A stretch of 63,061 bases of DNA, filler included, from Rhabdomonas costata (GCA_019059605.1; 54 parts of 54 records of this genome joined end to end with filler, not necessarily neighbours in it), one strand, 5' to 3'. Positions 34,661 to 49,136 are shown, numbered from the whole stretch's first letter. Notes: a model not told the origin generated them from the letters alone. Numbers and translations are program-made.

Positions 34661-37600
34661 GTAATTGAACCACTCTTCCTTTTTATGGTGTGTTTGTCTC
34701 TTGGGTGTGGCAAAGCGCACTTCTTCTCTTCAAATGAGCGGTGTTGGCGGTTGGCAGCAAGTGTGTCTTCAGATTGAGTTACTACGCAAATCGTCTGCCA
34801 GTCTTTCTTGAACAGTTGGCAAAAACGATGCGATTTGTGTTTCCTCTAAAAATTGCCAACACTGCCGGCGCTTGAGCACGGTTAACGGCAATAGTACAGA
34901 TGCTGCATTGCATTGTGTGGTGGTGAGCTGAACAAACGATCACCCTTTGAAACCGTAAGAACCTGCTGCAATGCTGTGATTGTCTGGAGTAAAAAAAAAC
35001 CCNNNNNNNNNNNNNNNNNNNNNNNNNNNNNNNNNNNNNNNNNNNNTTAATTAATTAANNNNNNNNNNNNNNNNNNNNNNNNNNNNNNNNNNNNNNNNNN
35101 NNCCAGGCTGAGCTTCTGCTGCTGCAGATTATCGCCGTGGCTGCACGCGCAGCGGAAAATCCGCAGAAGCTGCTCTGTTGATAAGGAGGAGGGGGTGGAG
35201 AAGGCCACATGACTGAGTGGGCAATATTGCTCAGAGCTGGCAGCTCAAGTTCCTCGCGGTTGAAAGTGGAGGTACACATCAGCCCCAGTGGAAGGGGTAA
35301 CAGCGGTTGGTCACAGGCAGTCCTTATCTCTGCGTTGGGCGTAGAGCACACTCTGCTGAGTATGCGTGTGTATGTGTAGTGCAGAGAGTGTGTGTGCGTG
35401 TATGTGTAGTGTGGATAAATTCTTGTTGTTGGGCAGGCTACACATAGGGTTTACCAAACATAACACCACGCCGATTTGGCCAAACAATCACAATTAACTT
35501 TCCCCAGAAAAACTTTGGGGCGGGGGTCCGATCAAACAAAGTGCGTTATGGCAAGAAGAAAAGGTCACCCCCCCCTCCCATCTTGCTTTTCTCCTTCCAC
35601 CCACTGCCCAAGAAACCAAGAAGGGACACACCGCTGAGTCGAGCATTCTGCAGTGCGTTGTGAGCTACCAGGTACACCACTTCCGACGGCGGCTTGGGCA
35701 GGGCCAGGTCACCGGAAGAGCTCGCCATGTGCCTGGGCCTCTGGTGCCCGGCCGCTCACGCAGTGCCAAAGTACACCCTCCGAAAACGAACAGCTTAACA
35801 CTTTGGGGGCCAAACCGAAACACGAACATACATGGTTTTCCTGCAGCGCAAACGAACAGCCGCCTGCAAAAAGTCATACAACGGGACTCCGGTTTGAAAA
35901 TGGGCATAAAAACATTTGAATACTGCGGTCTTACGGATTCACGCAGGTTTCAGTGGCCAAATAAAGTGAGATTGCCTCAGGGCCGGAAGATGCTCGCATA
36001 CGCACCGCGATGAGCCTGATGACAACCTTTTTGCTTATATGGACCTCTGACGTTTAAGCCACACCGTACATTATGCAACGTATAGGATACAACAGAAATT
36101 ACACATTATTCGACCCGGGGTCCTCGCAAAGACAGAGGTTTAAAAAGACAACTGCGACAGCCACAAACACCCNNNNNNNNNNNNNNNNNNNNNNNNNNNN
36201 NNNNNNNNNNNNNNNNTTAATTAATTAANNNNNNNNNNNNNNNNNNNNNNNNNNNNNNNNNNNNNNNNNNNNGTGGTATACAGCACTCAGACTTGCTGTT
36301 GTTTTGCGTTTCGTTTTTCTCGTGCGGCTGTCACGTTTCACCCAAACAAAACGCAAAACAACAGCAAGTCTGAGTGCTGTATACCACCAGTTTCATACAT
36401 TTTCTGCGTACTTTGATCACACACTTAATTCCTTTGCTCGCAGCTCCTCATTTTCGAGCCGTTATTCTGCACGCACCCATCGTTTTTTAGTGGTACACTT
36501 GCCAAGGGATTTTTGATATTTCTGCAGAGTCTCCGCGCTTCAAAAAGGATGGGGGCTCGTCTCTCACTGTCTATCGCCTTGTCTTTCCAACAGGAGCACA
36601 TGAACCGCGCCACGCGCAGGCACAGCTTTGCGCAGCCCCTGTCCCCCGCGGCTCAGGGGAATGCCCGCGAAGACTTCAACCGCGCGACCAGGCAATTTTT
36701 GTTCGTTCTGTTCGAAATAAAAGGAGAAGTGGTTCGCGCAAACTGAAGGGCCGCCGGGTGCTGTTTGACAAATGTCCCACCGACTTGGTTTGAAAGAAAA
36801 ATATTTTGCTCGGGAAAGTGCACCACCGAGACACGAACAGACACCAACGAATGAAGCATTCCTGAAAACAAATTGTCAAAGAAAGGTTGCACCGGAAATA
36901 GGGTTGGACCAGGACCCGAGAACGTCAGACATTACGCTGCATGTGGGGAGTATTCGAACGTTATCAACGTTTACAGCGACCCTCAAGGGATCGAAAAAGA
37001 AGAAAATTGCAAGAATGTCAGAATTCTGATTTTTCTAAACCAACATCGGCGCTTGTTGGAATTTAATACAAACCAGTCTGGAAGTCGGGCACGTGTATCC
37101 ATGGGGTTGACCTGGGCCGTGAATCGAATGCCCCATGGTATCATGGTGTGGCAGTTTCCACCTTGCGCAGCAGCCCGTGGTTGTCAACAATTATGTGAGA
37201 TACGTCAGCCCGCAGAACGCCGGGGCAAACATTAAATTAGGTCGCCAGAACCGAATGGAAAGCTCTGGAAATGACAAGCACAGTGATCTTGTTGCTGAGC
37301 TTTCGCTCACTATCACCTCCGCATCCCTTCCTCCAACCACAANNNNNNNNNNNNNNNNNNNNNNNNNNNNNNNNNNNNNNNNNNNNTTAATTAATTAANN
37401 NNNNNNNNNNNNNNNNNNNNNNNNNNNNNNNNNNNNNNNNNNGGGTGTTTGTAAATATGAAGGGAGCACGGTGGCGTCTGATATTTTTCGTTTTGGTCCC
37501 AGAAAGGTTGATGGCTAGCAGGTTACGGGTATTCCTCCTCCCATTATTCCTGGGACCAAAACGAAAAATATCAGACGCCACCGTGCTCCCTTCATATTTA

Positions 37601-40600
37601 CAAACGCGCCGCTTCATGTAGTAACGCACGAATCTGCGCACCTTGCAACTCCGAAACTTCCAGGCACGGAGGCTCACGCATCAGCCGCAATCGCGGCAAC
37701 GGCAGCCAGAGCCGGCAGCCTAATGCCCGCTGCAGGGCCTTCAGATGACACTCGATGGGCGCAAGACAGATCAGAGCAAGGCAAGCCGCTCGGACAGAGC
37801 AGGTTTCAGGGTCACGGTTTGGGTTCGAGTCCGCGTGGGCCAGGATCCGGGACATTTGTATTTGGAGGGGGGGCGCTTAACGTTTAACGGCGCTAAACGT
37901 CTTGGACATTGTGGACCGATTGGGACAGGCAGGAGAGAAGGGCGTTTAGTCCGCAACCTCCCGACAAACACTGAGTTTGGTGTGAAGGGAAAACATTGGT
38001 ACGGATACTTGCAGGCACCGAAGTCGGCTCGAATCTATATAACGTTCTCACACTCTGGTCGGATGTTAATCAAAGAACCCTGTCGTCGTTGTTGTCGCCC
38101 CCCCTCCTGACACGCGCACGGACGGAAAAAAAGAAATAAACGCGACACGAAAGCATAAACATCACGGTCACGAAGTTCTTTTGACTGCCACTTTTCTTTC
38201 GGTTCCAGGCCGAATCAAGAGGGGCGGAGTTTTCCGAGAAAACATCTCAGGCTTCGATACCTTTGGCAGTGCGGCGCACACGCTCATGCCACAAACACAA
38301 GAGCGCACGCGCAAGCAAAAAGGGCGCTGGACACCTGATCTACTTCAGAGTTGGGAAACTCCCGGGTGGGGTGGTACACCGGCAGCACCAGTGTTGAGGC
38401 GTACCGCAACACACCCGCTGGAAGGCACTGAATCTGACAATCGACCTGTCACAAAACAGAAACTGACCTTTGCCGCAAAATATATACTTGTTGTTTCCAC
38501 ACACAAACCACANNNNNNNNNNNNNNNNNNNNNNNNNNNNNNNNNNNNNNNNNNNNTTAATTAATTAANNNNNNNNNNNNNNNNNNNNNNNNNNNNNNNN
38601 NNNNNNNNNNNNTTCACCTGGGCTGGCCGTGCAGTGGCACCTTGAAAATCGAGATTCAGGCAGGGGTGGGTGGACTGGGGGGGTAGTCAGAGAGACCAAT
38701 CAGCGCACTTTAATCAATCACAGATGTAAACAGCTCACTGGAGCTGGCCGCTTGCTCGCGACCTCATCGCGATGCATTGACCACACCACTTCCTGCAAAC
38801 CTACCTGAAGTCCAAAACTTACCCTCCCCACCATTCACAGCGCTTCCAAACAGATTTCTCGATTCATCCCCGCAAACGCGAATTGGTACCCAAGGCTACT
38901 ACGAATGCTTAACTGGCGCCTAGTCGAGCTTTTCATTGTACCGCCGAAATCGAGGCTCCCTTGCAACGCCACTGGTGAGGCATCGCAGTCTGATGTTAAT
39001 CTTCGCAGGAAACTAACAACCCAACACCCGAAAACCAGAACCGCTCCCCACCCCAACACATGCCCGAGGAGGTTGACGCTGGGGTCGCTGACAAGGGTGT
39101 CATTGTCCCAGCCCACGACGTACATCGCCACCACAAATAGCGCGGAAGGCGCAAACACAGGTGCACTCCAGTTGAACTGGGCAGTCATCTCCCCATTGAC
39201 ATACCTGCCACAAAAGTAGCATTCAGCAACTCCGGCTGCTTGCCACCACGACCATGGGCACAGAGGCTTTGCAGAGGCTATTTCCAAATCCTCCTCAAAA
39301 CCAGCGCCATTTACGGCGTTCACTTTCTATGTCTACACCTATACTGCATGTAAAGAGATCTTTACCTAGAGCACCCATCCGCCAACATCATCACAAAGTT
39401 TATGCAATGACTTCGTTTCAAGAAGTTGCATTTCAACAGGGTTCCAAAGTTCTTCCTGAATTCCCTGAGGGCTGCTCTCAATTGGACATTCGATGATGCT
39501 GTAAAGCCGAGGCCAGCAAGCTCCTCGCGTACTGCATTTCCGGATGCCCATGTTCTCGTGCCTGTGAAATTCACGAACGTTATTCAGAATAATCCACACA
39601 CCCAAACGGCTTCATGCACATTCACACACCCGCGGACGTCCCCGTCCGCCACAGTCATCGCGACGTGCCTCCACCCCACCACNNNNNNNNNNNNNNNNNN
39701 NNNNNNNNNNNNNNNNNNNNNNNNNNTTAATTAATTAANNNNNNNNNNNNNNNNNNNNNNNNNNNNNNNNNNNNNNNNNNNNGTGTGGGTGTGTCATGCT
39801 CTCATTCTTTTGCGTTTGGATGACTGCAAGTGTTCCTGTATGACGTCAGTGGTGCGCCCACGGCAAGTGCGTTGGGTGGGGGTTGATGCATTGAGGCAGC
39901 GTTCAGGTTCATCAGCTGATCGATTTGATGGACTTCCATGCTGGAAGGTACTGACCCACGGTGAAGATGCAGCCTTCATCATACAGCCTTCCGAATGAAC
40001 ATTCTGGGTTGCGGGCAGACTGTGTGAATAGCTCAATATGGTGATATATTGGGTTGAACACATTTGCAGGTCTAACGTAAGCATGTCGCTTTGAGGGTTC
40101 TCCCATGTTCTCCCACGAGCGCAGGTACAGAGCAATAGCACCACCACCTTTAGCAACCAGGTCGGAGGAAAGTTCTGATTTGCTTCATGAGCCATTTTGC
40201 ATCCAGAATGACCTCATCGACTTCGGCAGGGACAATGGGATGACGGAGTTCTGGAAAAGAACCTTGAGATTACTCCGACTTTGCGTTTACTTCGGGCTGG
40301 TGCTGGAGCAAGGCGGTTTTCTTATTTCTATGCGGTCGAGCTGTGGGCCGTCGGTATACATGGGATGTGATGAGGGCGGTGTCGGGAAGACAAGGGGACG
40401 CCTAACATCTTGCTAGACCGCAGTGTCCCAGAATTGGGGAAGATGTACGTCATTTCTTGAGAAGAAATAAACTGAATCAAACACCTCTTATCTTGCAGCA
40501 AGAACTTACGGCCTTTTTGGCCAAGTTTGCATTCTTCCAGGAGGGGGGGGACAACAAAAGTCCGTCCCCGCGAAGGAATGAAAGAATCTGTTGGGTGGAA

Positions 40601-41337
40601 TGGGCAGGGGAGGAAACAGCAGTGTCGGTAAAAAAGTACATACGTATTTATGTAACCCCAAAATTCAGCAGCTGAACGTCACCTTGAAAAAGATATTGCA
40701 ACTATTTATATTTATTCTATTTATTTTAGTTTATATGGCATAGGTAAACTTATTCGACACACAGGATAGAAGAAGAACTGTGAAACCTCACTGGAAACAG
40801 CCGTCCTTGATGCACCCCAACAAGCAAAAGAAAGGGTCAGAGTCATCTGGGANNNNNNNNNNNNNNNNNNNNNNNNNNNNNNNNNNNNNNNNNNNNTTAA
40901 TTAATTAANNNNNNNNNNNNNNNNNNNNNNNNNNNNNNNNNNNNNNNNNNNNCCCGCATCACGCATGGTGGTGCAAATAACCTTCACCTTTCCCTGATGC
41001 ACGACACAGCGGCATGCGCAGCCATGCCGATCTTTTTGTGTGTAAGCTCTTTCTTGAGAATAAGCCGAACCTTTTCTGCACTCCTCAAGGGTGATGTACA
41101 TGTACACACACGCACACACGCACACGCACACACACAGGCGAAGCCTTTTACTGAGCTCACAACTACGCGGCGCAGCGTTAGTATAGATCAAGATAGACTT
41201 CAGGGGCTGTTCTCAGGGGAGTCGGAAAGCCGTGCGGGGTAGAGCTGTGTGGCCCGTGATGTGAGGAGTAGAGTCGCGACACGACCCCGCACAATGACCT
41301 GGTTCCGTACACAACATCCATCGGCTTTGCATTTCAG

Positions 41338-41466
41338 GTGCCCTACGACCGTGTGGTGGAGTACATCGTGGAGAAAATTGTCACGGTGCCCGTGGACCGA
41401 GTAGTTGAGGTGTACCGCGACGTTGTGGTCGAGGAGGAGGTCACCGTGCCGTTTGAGCGAGTGGTG
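41338..41466 (+). CDS. Articulin/alveolin-like Val-Pro/charged repeat protein exon
   Basis: VPYDRVVEYIVEKIVTVPVDRVVEVYRDVVVEEEVTVPFERVV; tttcag| and |gtatgt; 129 nt. Confidence 0.78.
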
Positions 41467-42489
41467 GTATGTGTGGTGCCACAAACTCTACAAAACCTAT
41501 CGCAAAACGGTCCCTTCCTAATATTATCATCCTGGCATCGTCATCGCATGCAATCGAAAAGTTGATCCACCCAACCCTGTTGGTCCATCTCAGTGCTCTG
41601 CAAACGAATGATATCGCGGGTCGGGTAGTCGGCTGGCATACAGGCACTTTTCGGTTGCCCCGATTCTTGTTATTGGGGTTGTTGGACTTGCTTTTGGGTA
41701 ATGGGCGGTTGTGCAAAGAACCACCAGACTATCCTGAAGTACCGTGACTTTGCTGGGGAACCGGTGCGAGTCTGAACCCGATGATACATGCTCGCACCTC
41801 CTGATGACACCTGATGGCACGCAGCCGCGACTCATCTCGCGTTCCAAACTTGCTCATCTGGAACACACACACACACATACACACAACCCAAAAAAAAAAA
41901 AAAAACTCCCGCTCGCGCAGTGACCCCGGGCACCGGTCCGAACCTACCTCTCCAAGGTTAAGGGATAGGACAACGTGGCAGGGGGAGCTGTGTCCTGCGG
42001 GAGAAACCCAAAACCCAAAAAANNNNNNNNNNNNNNNNNNNNNNNNNNNNNNNNNNNNNNNNNNNNTTAATTAATTAANNNNNNNNNNNNNNNNNNNNNN
42101 NNNNNNNNNNNNNNNNNNNNNNGGGTTGTGGTGTTTACTTCTGTCGTCCACCGTGCCTGCCTTTGGAGATCATTATCTTGCTTTTTATCGTTTTATAGAA
42201 GGGAGCAAGTTTGTGCATAGAGCAAGAGATAGTTTCCCGCGTTTTTTTTTGCCCATTTAGCCCATGGTGGTGTACCCGCGTCTGCGATTCTGGAGTTAGG
42301 CTATTCCCGTGCTGATGAGTTTTGGACTCTTCTTTGTCGACGCCTTCGTTGTCGGTCCAACGCGCGTGGGGACTCCGCTTCTCGGCGGTAAATATTGAGT
42401 CAAAGTTGGATCAGGACAGTCATTGGGCTTGGGTGAGATAGCGCATCTTTTGCATCTTTTTATGATTTCCTCCTTCGTTTTCTGATGCG

Positions 42490-43145
42490 ATGGCCTTTTC
42501 GAACCCCTGTGGATGGCCAGATTGGCTGTACCATCTGGACTTGGCGTGTCAGTGCATCTACGCCATGGTCGGCGTATCCTGCCTGTTCGCACTGGGCTAC
42601 ACCCTGTACCGCAGGCTTCTCTTCTTCAACGTCTTTAATATCGTAAAGGTTTGCTGTTTGACAGTGGGCAGGTGCAACTTTCGTGGTTGTATGCATCATG
42701 GTTCGTGGTTGCACTGCGGTAGTGTTGGCGAAGGCGTTGTAGTGTTGTAGGTTAAGATGCGATATGTTGGAGTAACAAATTAAGTACCAAAATAATCCCA
42801 AACGTATCTTTTTTGCATTCCTAGGTGCATAATATGCGATCCCCATCAAAAGGCCTTTTGGTTGGCAGAACTTGGAATATCTGGTGTTTTTGTTAGTTGA
42901 TTCACTCTTAAGCGTTATGACACCTACAGCTGACTTCTGTGTTTCCATTTTTGCTCGTGTTAAACTCTGCGGGTACAAAACTCCAAGCTGACAGCAAAGC
43001 TAACAATTGCCGTGAGCAACATTGGTGCTGTGTGTTTATGTCTTTCCAGGCAATTCAGTGTATCTTGGGTATTGTATGGGTCCTCGGGTTGTTCTTCGGC
43101 GAAGTCTGGAGCTTGCACTCGATGGGAGTTTCCGCCCCAAGCAGC
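42490..43145 (+). CDS. Multi-pass membrane protein; exons 42490-42648 and 43050-43145
   Basis: Two hydrophobic helices joined by a phase-0 GT-AG intron. Confidence 0.55.
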
Positions 43146-44035
43146 GTATGCTCCCCGGCGGTTCGCCTTTTGTTTTTCCGCTTCATGGACAGNNNNNNNN
43201 NNNNNNNNNNNNNNNNNNNNNNNNNNNNNNNNNNNNTTAATTAATTAANNNNNNNNNNNNNNNNNNNNNNNNNNNNNNNNNNNNNNNNNNNNCATGAGGT
43301 GAAAGCAGGTGGTGGTAGGATTCCTTGCATAAGCGATGCATCCTTTCAAACCGTTCGTTACCACTCATGATTGACAGGAATGCCCCTCAGCAAAGATGCA
43401 AAGAAGGCAAATGGAGAGATCTGAACAGCCCTCGAAATGATGGGAGGACTTGAGAAGATGGGAGGAGATGATGAACCTGGGTGAAGCACCTCGGAGCCTC
43501 CTCGATGACCCGGTCGATTTTGGGAGCGCTACGAAAAAGCAAATGTAAAGTATGCCGTCGGTCCCAGCCAAGTCCAAGCAAGCAGGCCGAATGACCCACC
43601 CTTATAATTTGTGACAATCCATGAACCTGTGAAGGGTCGCAGTATCCACCAGAGCAACATTCCGTCGATGCGTGTCAGTTGTAGGATGGAGCAGTCCGCA
43701 ATACCCCAAAGAATAAAGAGGCAATGAAGCTAAACGCTTACGTTTTTTCCCACCTAACAGGATCAGGAGGTCATTCTTCATACAAACACAATCCTAAAAA
43801 ACTCCAGAAGTGGTAGGGGGAGAAAAAGTACAAAGTAAACCTCTCTCACACACCCAAACTTTGAGACGATGAGATCTGCTAGAAAACGCCCTCCACGCCT
43901 AAACAGTAAGTGTCCTGGGTAAACAAAAACGCCCACCAACAGATGGGGTCTTTTTTGCGGCGTGGAAAAAAATGGAAGAAAATGGAATCTGGGCGCGCCT
44001 ATGTGCGGGTGTGATTTGTACACGGGAGAGGATGC

Positions 44036-44197
44036 CTGGCTGGCGAACTCGCGCAGCTTTTTTCGATGGAGGGCCCGCTCCTGCAGTAGCAGCGACATCA
44101 CCACGGCACGCTTCACTGCCAGCGGGATCTCCAGTTCCGCCTTGCGCTCCATATTCTCCAGGACGAACTGCCCCCGACCCCCAACACACCCTCTTCC
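44036..44197 (-). CDS. Hypothetical helical protein exon
   Basis: FVLENMERKAELEIPLAVKRAVVMSLLLQERALHRKKLREFASQ, ending at cag|gcatcc. Confidence 0.5.
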
Positions 44198-44945
44198 TAG
44201 CAACGACAGCGGCAGAAGCAGGCCAAGGTGGAGGCCTGCCTGATGCTGAACACTAAAAAGGTTCTGAGCAGTCTATGGCTGCACCAGCGCCAAACCACAA
44301 CAAGAAAGACACAGGTGATAAGAGGTGACTTGCGTCAACAGGACAGATCCCGACAAGGACCTNNNNNNNNNNNNNNNNNNNNNNNNNNNNNNNNNNNNNN
44401 NNNNNNTTAATTAATTAANNNNNNNNNNNNNNNNNNNNNNNNNNNNNNNNNNNNNNNNNNNNGGGGGTTTTGTATAGAACAGTTACATTTTTTTGGGACG
44501 GGAATAAAGATACAGTAGTGCTGAAGGTTTTTGGCTTTTGTGAACCAATGCATCAGCTAACAGCGGAGCCTGCTATACTCTGTTTATAGCGAAAAAAGGG
44601 GGGGGGATCAGGTGTGGTGTTCCTACAGGTGTAATTTCAAAGGGATCTGAAAAAATATAAACGTTCAGCAGTGCATTTCGCCCACCGAGGCGGAAGAAGT
44701 CACCAGCCTCACTGTCTGACTGCAGATGCCCCCACCCCCCACCCCAAAGAAAACCAGAAGCCGAGAGAGAAAAGCTCATTCTGGCTGCTACACCAGCACA
44801 AGAAAGCACTCACAACAGGCACATTAAATTCGCTAATGTGCTTGCAAAACAAGAGAAAGCGGGAGCACCACGTCTGCAGACTAATACTGGATGAAAGGAG
44901 CAAAGAGTGGCAGTCGCCGCCACAACCGCTGCAGCCACGGCACAC

Positions 44946-45227
44946 CTTCAGGCGAGAGATGCTCCGAGGGACAATGTGCAGAGGGTCCGTCCGGCGGGGC
45001 AGAAGTGAGAACGCGGTGGAGATCCTTCGGAGAACGGTGAGGTCGGAGCGGCCGGTGTGGTCGGTGCGGTCGGTGCGCTGGGCCAAGGCCAGCGCAACCT
45101 CATCGGGGATGTTGGAGGGCTTGTGGTGGTCAGGCTCACCGAAGCCCACGGTGCGCACCCCACTTCCCTCACGGGGAGCCCCCATGAGCACCACAGCGAG
45201 GAAAAGCCACCTCAGGAAGGACCCCAT
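44946..45227 (-). CDS. Putative first exon of a secreted protein
   Basis: MGSFLRWLFLAVVLMG signal-like start; donor aag|gtgtgc. Confidence 0.45.
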
Positions 45228-46338
45228 TGTGACGTAATCGGGTGAGCTCAAAAAATGTGAGAATGGGAGCGTGAAGGTGGGAGGGACGGGAAAATCCAAA
45301 CAAGAACCTGAATGCGGTGAAAACAAGCACAGACAGGAAGCAAGAAAAACACATTCTTGAAACTTTGAACGCATCATTGCCTCTAATCCACCATCGCCTC
45401 AATCCCCACTCACCCATCCACAGCCACAGCCGTTCTTTCCCAGTAACCCCTATATGCTATTTTGATCTTCGCTCTCAGTTCCTTCCCAATCTCCCTCCCT
45501 CATACACTTTGGCTCGCATTCCCCAACACCNNNNNNNNNNNNNNNNNNNNNNNNNNNNNNNNNNNNNNNNNNNNTTAATTAATTAANNNNNNNNNNNNNN
45601 NNNNNNNNNNNNNNNNNNNNNNNNNNNNNNTGTTTGTGTTCCCGCTGGAAAGAAAGGTGGAGAGACACTACACACACTACACACTACAGGGCTACATGCC
45701 CTCCACTTGGTATAATGGTGTTTTGGTTTCGCGTGTGTGTGTAGTAACTGTATACGGACTAAAAGATGGCATTCCCTTCACCCTGTATCAGAGTCGTCTG
45801 TAATCCACACACTTACCCGGTGTCGGGCTGGTGACCTTGTTTCCGCGCCGAAACACACTGCAAACGTTTAATAAAACTTCGGCATCTGCCTCATTAACTT
45901 TGAAATGTTGTGTGGTGTCGAAAACGCTACGACTGACACCAAAGCAGTCGTTTCTAACCAGGATAAAATGCTCTTTAGGGTGATTAAACTTGTACACATG
46001 CTTCGTCACTTACTTGAAAATGCGCGTTATCAATTCGTATGAGCGGCTTGTCCGCAGTACTGGAGTTTTATTTTTACTGGGCAATGAATGGGCGAGCACG
46101 CAATCGCACAGTACAGAGAACTTTCATTGTCTCGCGAAGCCAATTCAACAAAACGACACACGTTCCGTTAAATAAAGCAGGCACAACAACACACAACAGA
46201 CGAGCCGACTGGAAGCACGTATTCACAGCTCACAAAGGACAGAGCAAAAACCCCTATCCCGACTTGCAAACCTATTAACACAGCAACGGGAGAAAAGCTC
46301 ACGGGTAATTGCTTCTTCTTTCTCCTCTTCCGGTTTTT

Positions 46339-46515
46339 TCAGCGGTGGTGAGAGCGTGTGCGGCTCTCCGCTGGGGCTTCAGCAGAATCGGAATGGTAAC
46401 GATGATGGTGATGGGCATGGGGAGGAGCCTGCTGGGACTGCCCTACCAGGCACTGCAAAAGGCTGACGAGCCGGCCCTGGTCCTGGCTGAACTTGCGAGA
46501 CTCCAGTAGTAGGTC
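46339..46515 (-). CDS. Terminal exon, His-rich hypothetical protein
   Basis: acag|DLLLESRKFSQDQGRLVSLLQCLVGQ..HAHHHHRYH..HHR*. Confidence 0.45.
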   Translation of the reverse strand, partial: DLLLESRKFSQDQGRLVSLLQCLVGQSQQAPPHAHHHHRYHSDSAEAPAESRTRSHHR

Positions 46516-46874
46516 CTGTCAGCAACGCAACATGGCACCAAATGAGTGCTTTCGACAATAGCCCCCCACACACAATACGCAAGGAAAAAATGTGACCGTG
46601 GCGAGGGGTTTGCTTGCAGCCAAAGAGGAGAGACAAACGCGGTTAGGATGGATGCTCGAAGTCATGTGCCTGTCAAATGGCAAAGATTTAGANNNNNNNN
46701 NNNNNNNNNNNNNNNNNNNNNNNNNNNNNNNNNNNNTTAATTAATTAANNNNNNNNNNNNNNNNNNNNNNNNNNNNNNNNNNNNNNNNNNNNTGTATGTA
46801 AAGTTCGGATTGGGCGAAATCAGCCGAGAAGAAGTGGGAAATGGGGGTGAATGCGATAACAATAAGATGCGGAC

Positions 46875-47742
46875 TGTCTACTAGGATGTTCGTTGGCTTG
46901 ATGTCTCTGTGAATGAGCATCTTTTCGTGGAGATACTTCAGCCCTTGCAGCGCCTGTGGTAAGACAGGTATGAGGTAAGGCGATCAGTGTGGTGTCGCAC
47001 AGCGTGCTAAAAAAAATTCCCCAGGCGAGCTGTGTGTGCTTCCACCCAAAGCACGACATTGCACCGCGTGTGATCGCTCTAAGCGTATACATTTGGAACA
47101 CCAGAAAGCAGAAGAAACCAAGAACTGGAATCTCCCGTCCCGCTGCGAGATCGATCGTTTTGTGTGATACCCCGGCGAGTTTCGGTGCTAGCATTCATTA
47201 TGAAGAGAACAGGAATAGAAACGGAAGCCGACAAAGACTCACGACACGATGCGGGCTGGCTCCCTGGTGGCAGAATAAGGATAGGAACACAGATAGCTTA
47301 GTTCAGCCTCACGTACATCAAGCATCAAGACTTTCAAACTCATTACGCAAAGAGGCAAACCTGTCTGCTCACGCAGCGGAGAACGTCTTCAGGAAAGTAT
47401 TCTGCGAAAAAAAAAGGTCAGCGATAGCGTTGAGGAACAGAAGAGAAAAGTGAAAAGACGGGAAATTTAAGAAGGCGCACCGACAATGTGAAGGACGCTG
47501 AAAAGAGATCCACAGTCCATGTAGTCCATGGGAATCCACAACTCACATTTGCTGTTGTTGTAAAACACCTGTGCCAGAAGAATACCCGACATGAACGGAC
47601 AACAAACAGCACCAATTGACCCCTTCGCCAAAGGAGATGTTCAGTTCAAAAAGTACGTGAACCATACATTGAAAGATCGCACCACGTTCTGGTGGTCCAG
47701 GCTCTTAACCACGTGGACCTCCTTGGCTATCGAGTCAATCCA
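46875..47742 (-). CDS. Ser/Thr protein kinase, MAP2K/STE7-like; exons 47742-47668, 47568-47481, 47401-47361, 46953-46875; not in ORF track
   Basis: Spliced KEVHVVKSLDHQNVVRSFN|VFYNNSKCELWIPMDYMDCGSLFSVLHIV|EYFPEDVLRCVSRQ|ALQGLKYLHEKMLIHRDIKPTNILVD; all introns GT-AG with consistent phases. Confidence 0.9.
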
Positions 47743-47977
47743 CTAGAACATAAAATACGAAGGGTGCGAAGCAGGCTGAGCAGCAGCACTCGATTTTTGC
47801 TAGTATAAAAAAGCACTTTGCATGTAAATTTTGTTTGCATAAAAAAGTCGAAACCCAAACCCNNNNNNNNNNNNNNNNNNNNNNNNNNNNNNNNNNNNNN
47901 NNNNNNTTAATTAATTAANNNNNNNNNNNNNNNNNNNNNNNNNNNNNNNNNNNNNNNNNNNNGGGGTTTGGGTTCCC

Positions 47978-48238
47978 GTGGCTTCCACCCCGCCACCCTT
48001 CTCCTCTCTTTCTGCGTCGACGTCCCGCTCCACTGGCGGAAGCGCTCCGCTAGCGAACTCTTCGGGCGCTTCTCCCTCCATTTCCTCCCCGGGTCCTGCA
48101 GGTACATGCCCGCCCTCCTCTTCGGGCGGCAGCTCACAGACTACTGCAGCGGTGACGAAGGCGGAGGAGAGAGCAGAGCGGGAGGTCGAGCGCTTTGCTC
48201 GGGAGTTGCCGGCACTGCTGCAGCTTTGCACTACGGAG
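47978..48238 (+). CDS. Hypothetical exon (Ser-rich, then helical)
   Basis: ...TKAEERAEREVERFARELPALLQLCTTE|gtgtgc. Confidence 0.4.
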
Positions 48239-49136
48239 GTGTGCCCCCCTTCCCCCTCGTGAACTGATGAGTTTCGTTCGGTTTTGAGTTTTCGTGGTGG
48301 TGGGGTCGGGGGGTTTCAGAAGCTCTTGGCTCGGGTGGACGGCAATAGGCCCACGGAGGATGTGTACCTCGACGTGCAGCGCTACTTCAATTCGAAGGGG
48401 TCTGTTGTGCGCGCGAGCACACACACAATTCACAGGCCGGATTTGATGCAATAGTAAATGTCCGATTTTTTGTCCTATGTGCCACGTGTGTGTGTTCCAA
48501 TGAGGTACAGATGCTGCAGTATGCTCTTTTCTTTTTCGTGCTCTCGAGGTCTTTTTTGGAACGGGTGTTGAACCATTTAACCTCAAATGATAATAAGGTT
48601 CAAAACTATGGTAGACTTGGACGCCATAAAATCCCCTTCATGTGCCGATTTTGGGGCACAAGACTACGAAAACTCCCACTTCCCCCTAGACAAGGTCCTC
48701 ACTTCAGCCAGCCCGTCTGGGCGCGCCGAGGGCTGACCTACGCCGCCCAAATAACTGCCCCATTAATCAGAAATCTTCAGGAAACCGTTCGCCTTACCCG
48801 GGCAAATTCACCGAAGTCAGCTCTTTATATAGAAATACCGAGGAAACGCACGTCAACACGAAACTTCTAGTATTGGTAACAAACTGTTCAACAACGTTAA
48901 ACACCCCCGGTGCTTTCGTTTTGCTTTACAGCGGGTCATCCCGGTCCAGGTACCCACCCCGTCGACCAGTCAGGATCCCTTGCACCTGTCACTTGTTCAC
49001 TTGTATCACTGTCCGCGGCCTCACAACACCACNNNNNNNNNNNNNNNNNNNNNNNNNNNNNNNNNNNNNNNNNNNNTTAATTAATTAANNNNNNNNNNNN
49101 NNNNNNNNNNNNNNNNNNNNNNNNNNNNNNNNGTTT

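Noticed and set aside
38613-39682. Broken minus-strand ORFs as a transposase
   Set aside because: No catalytic motif could be identified with confidence.
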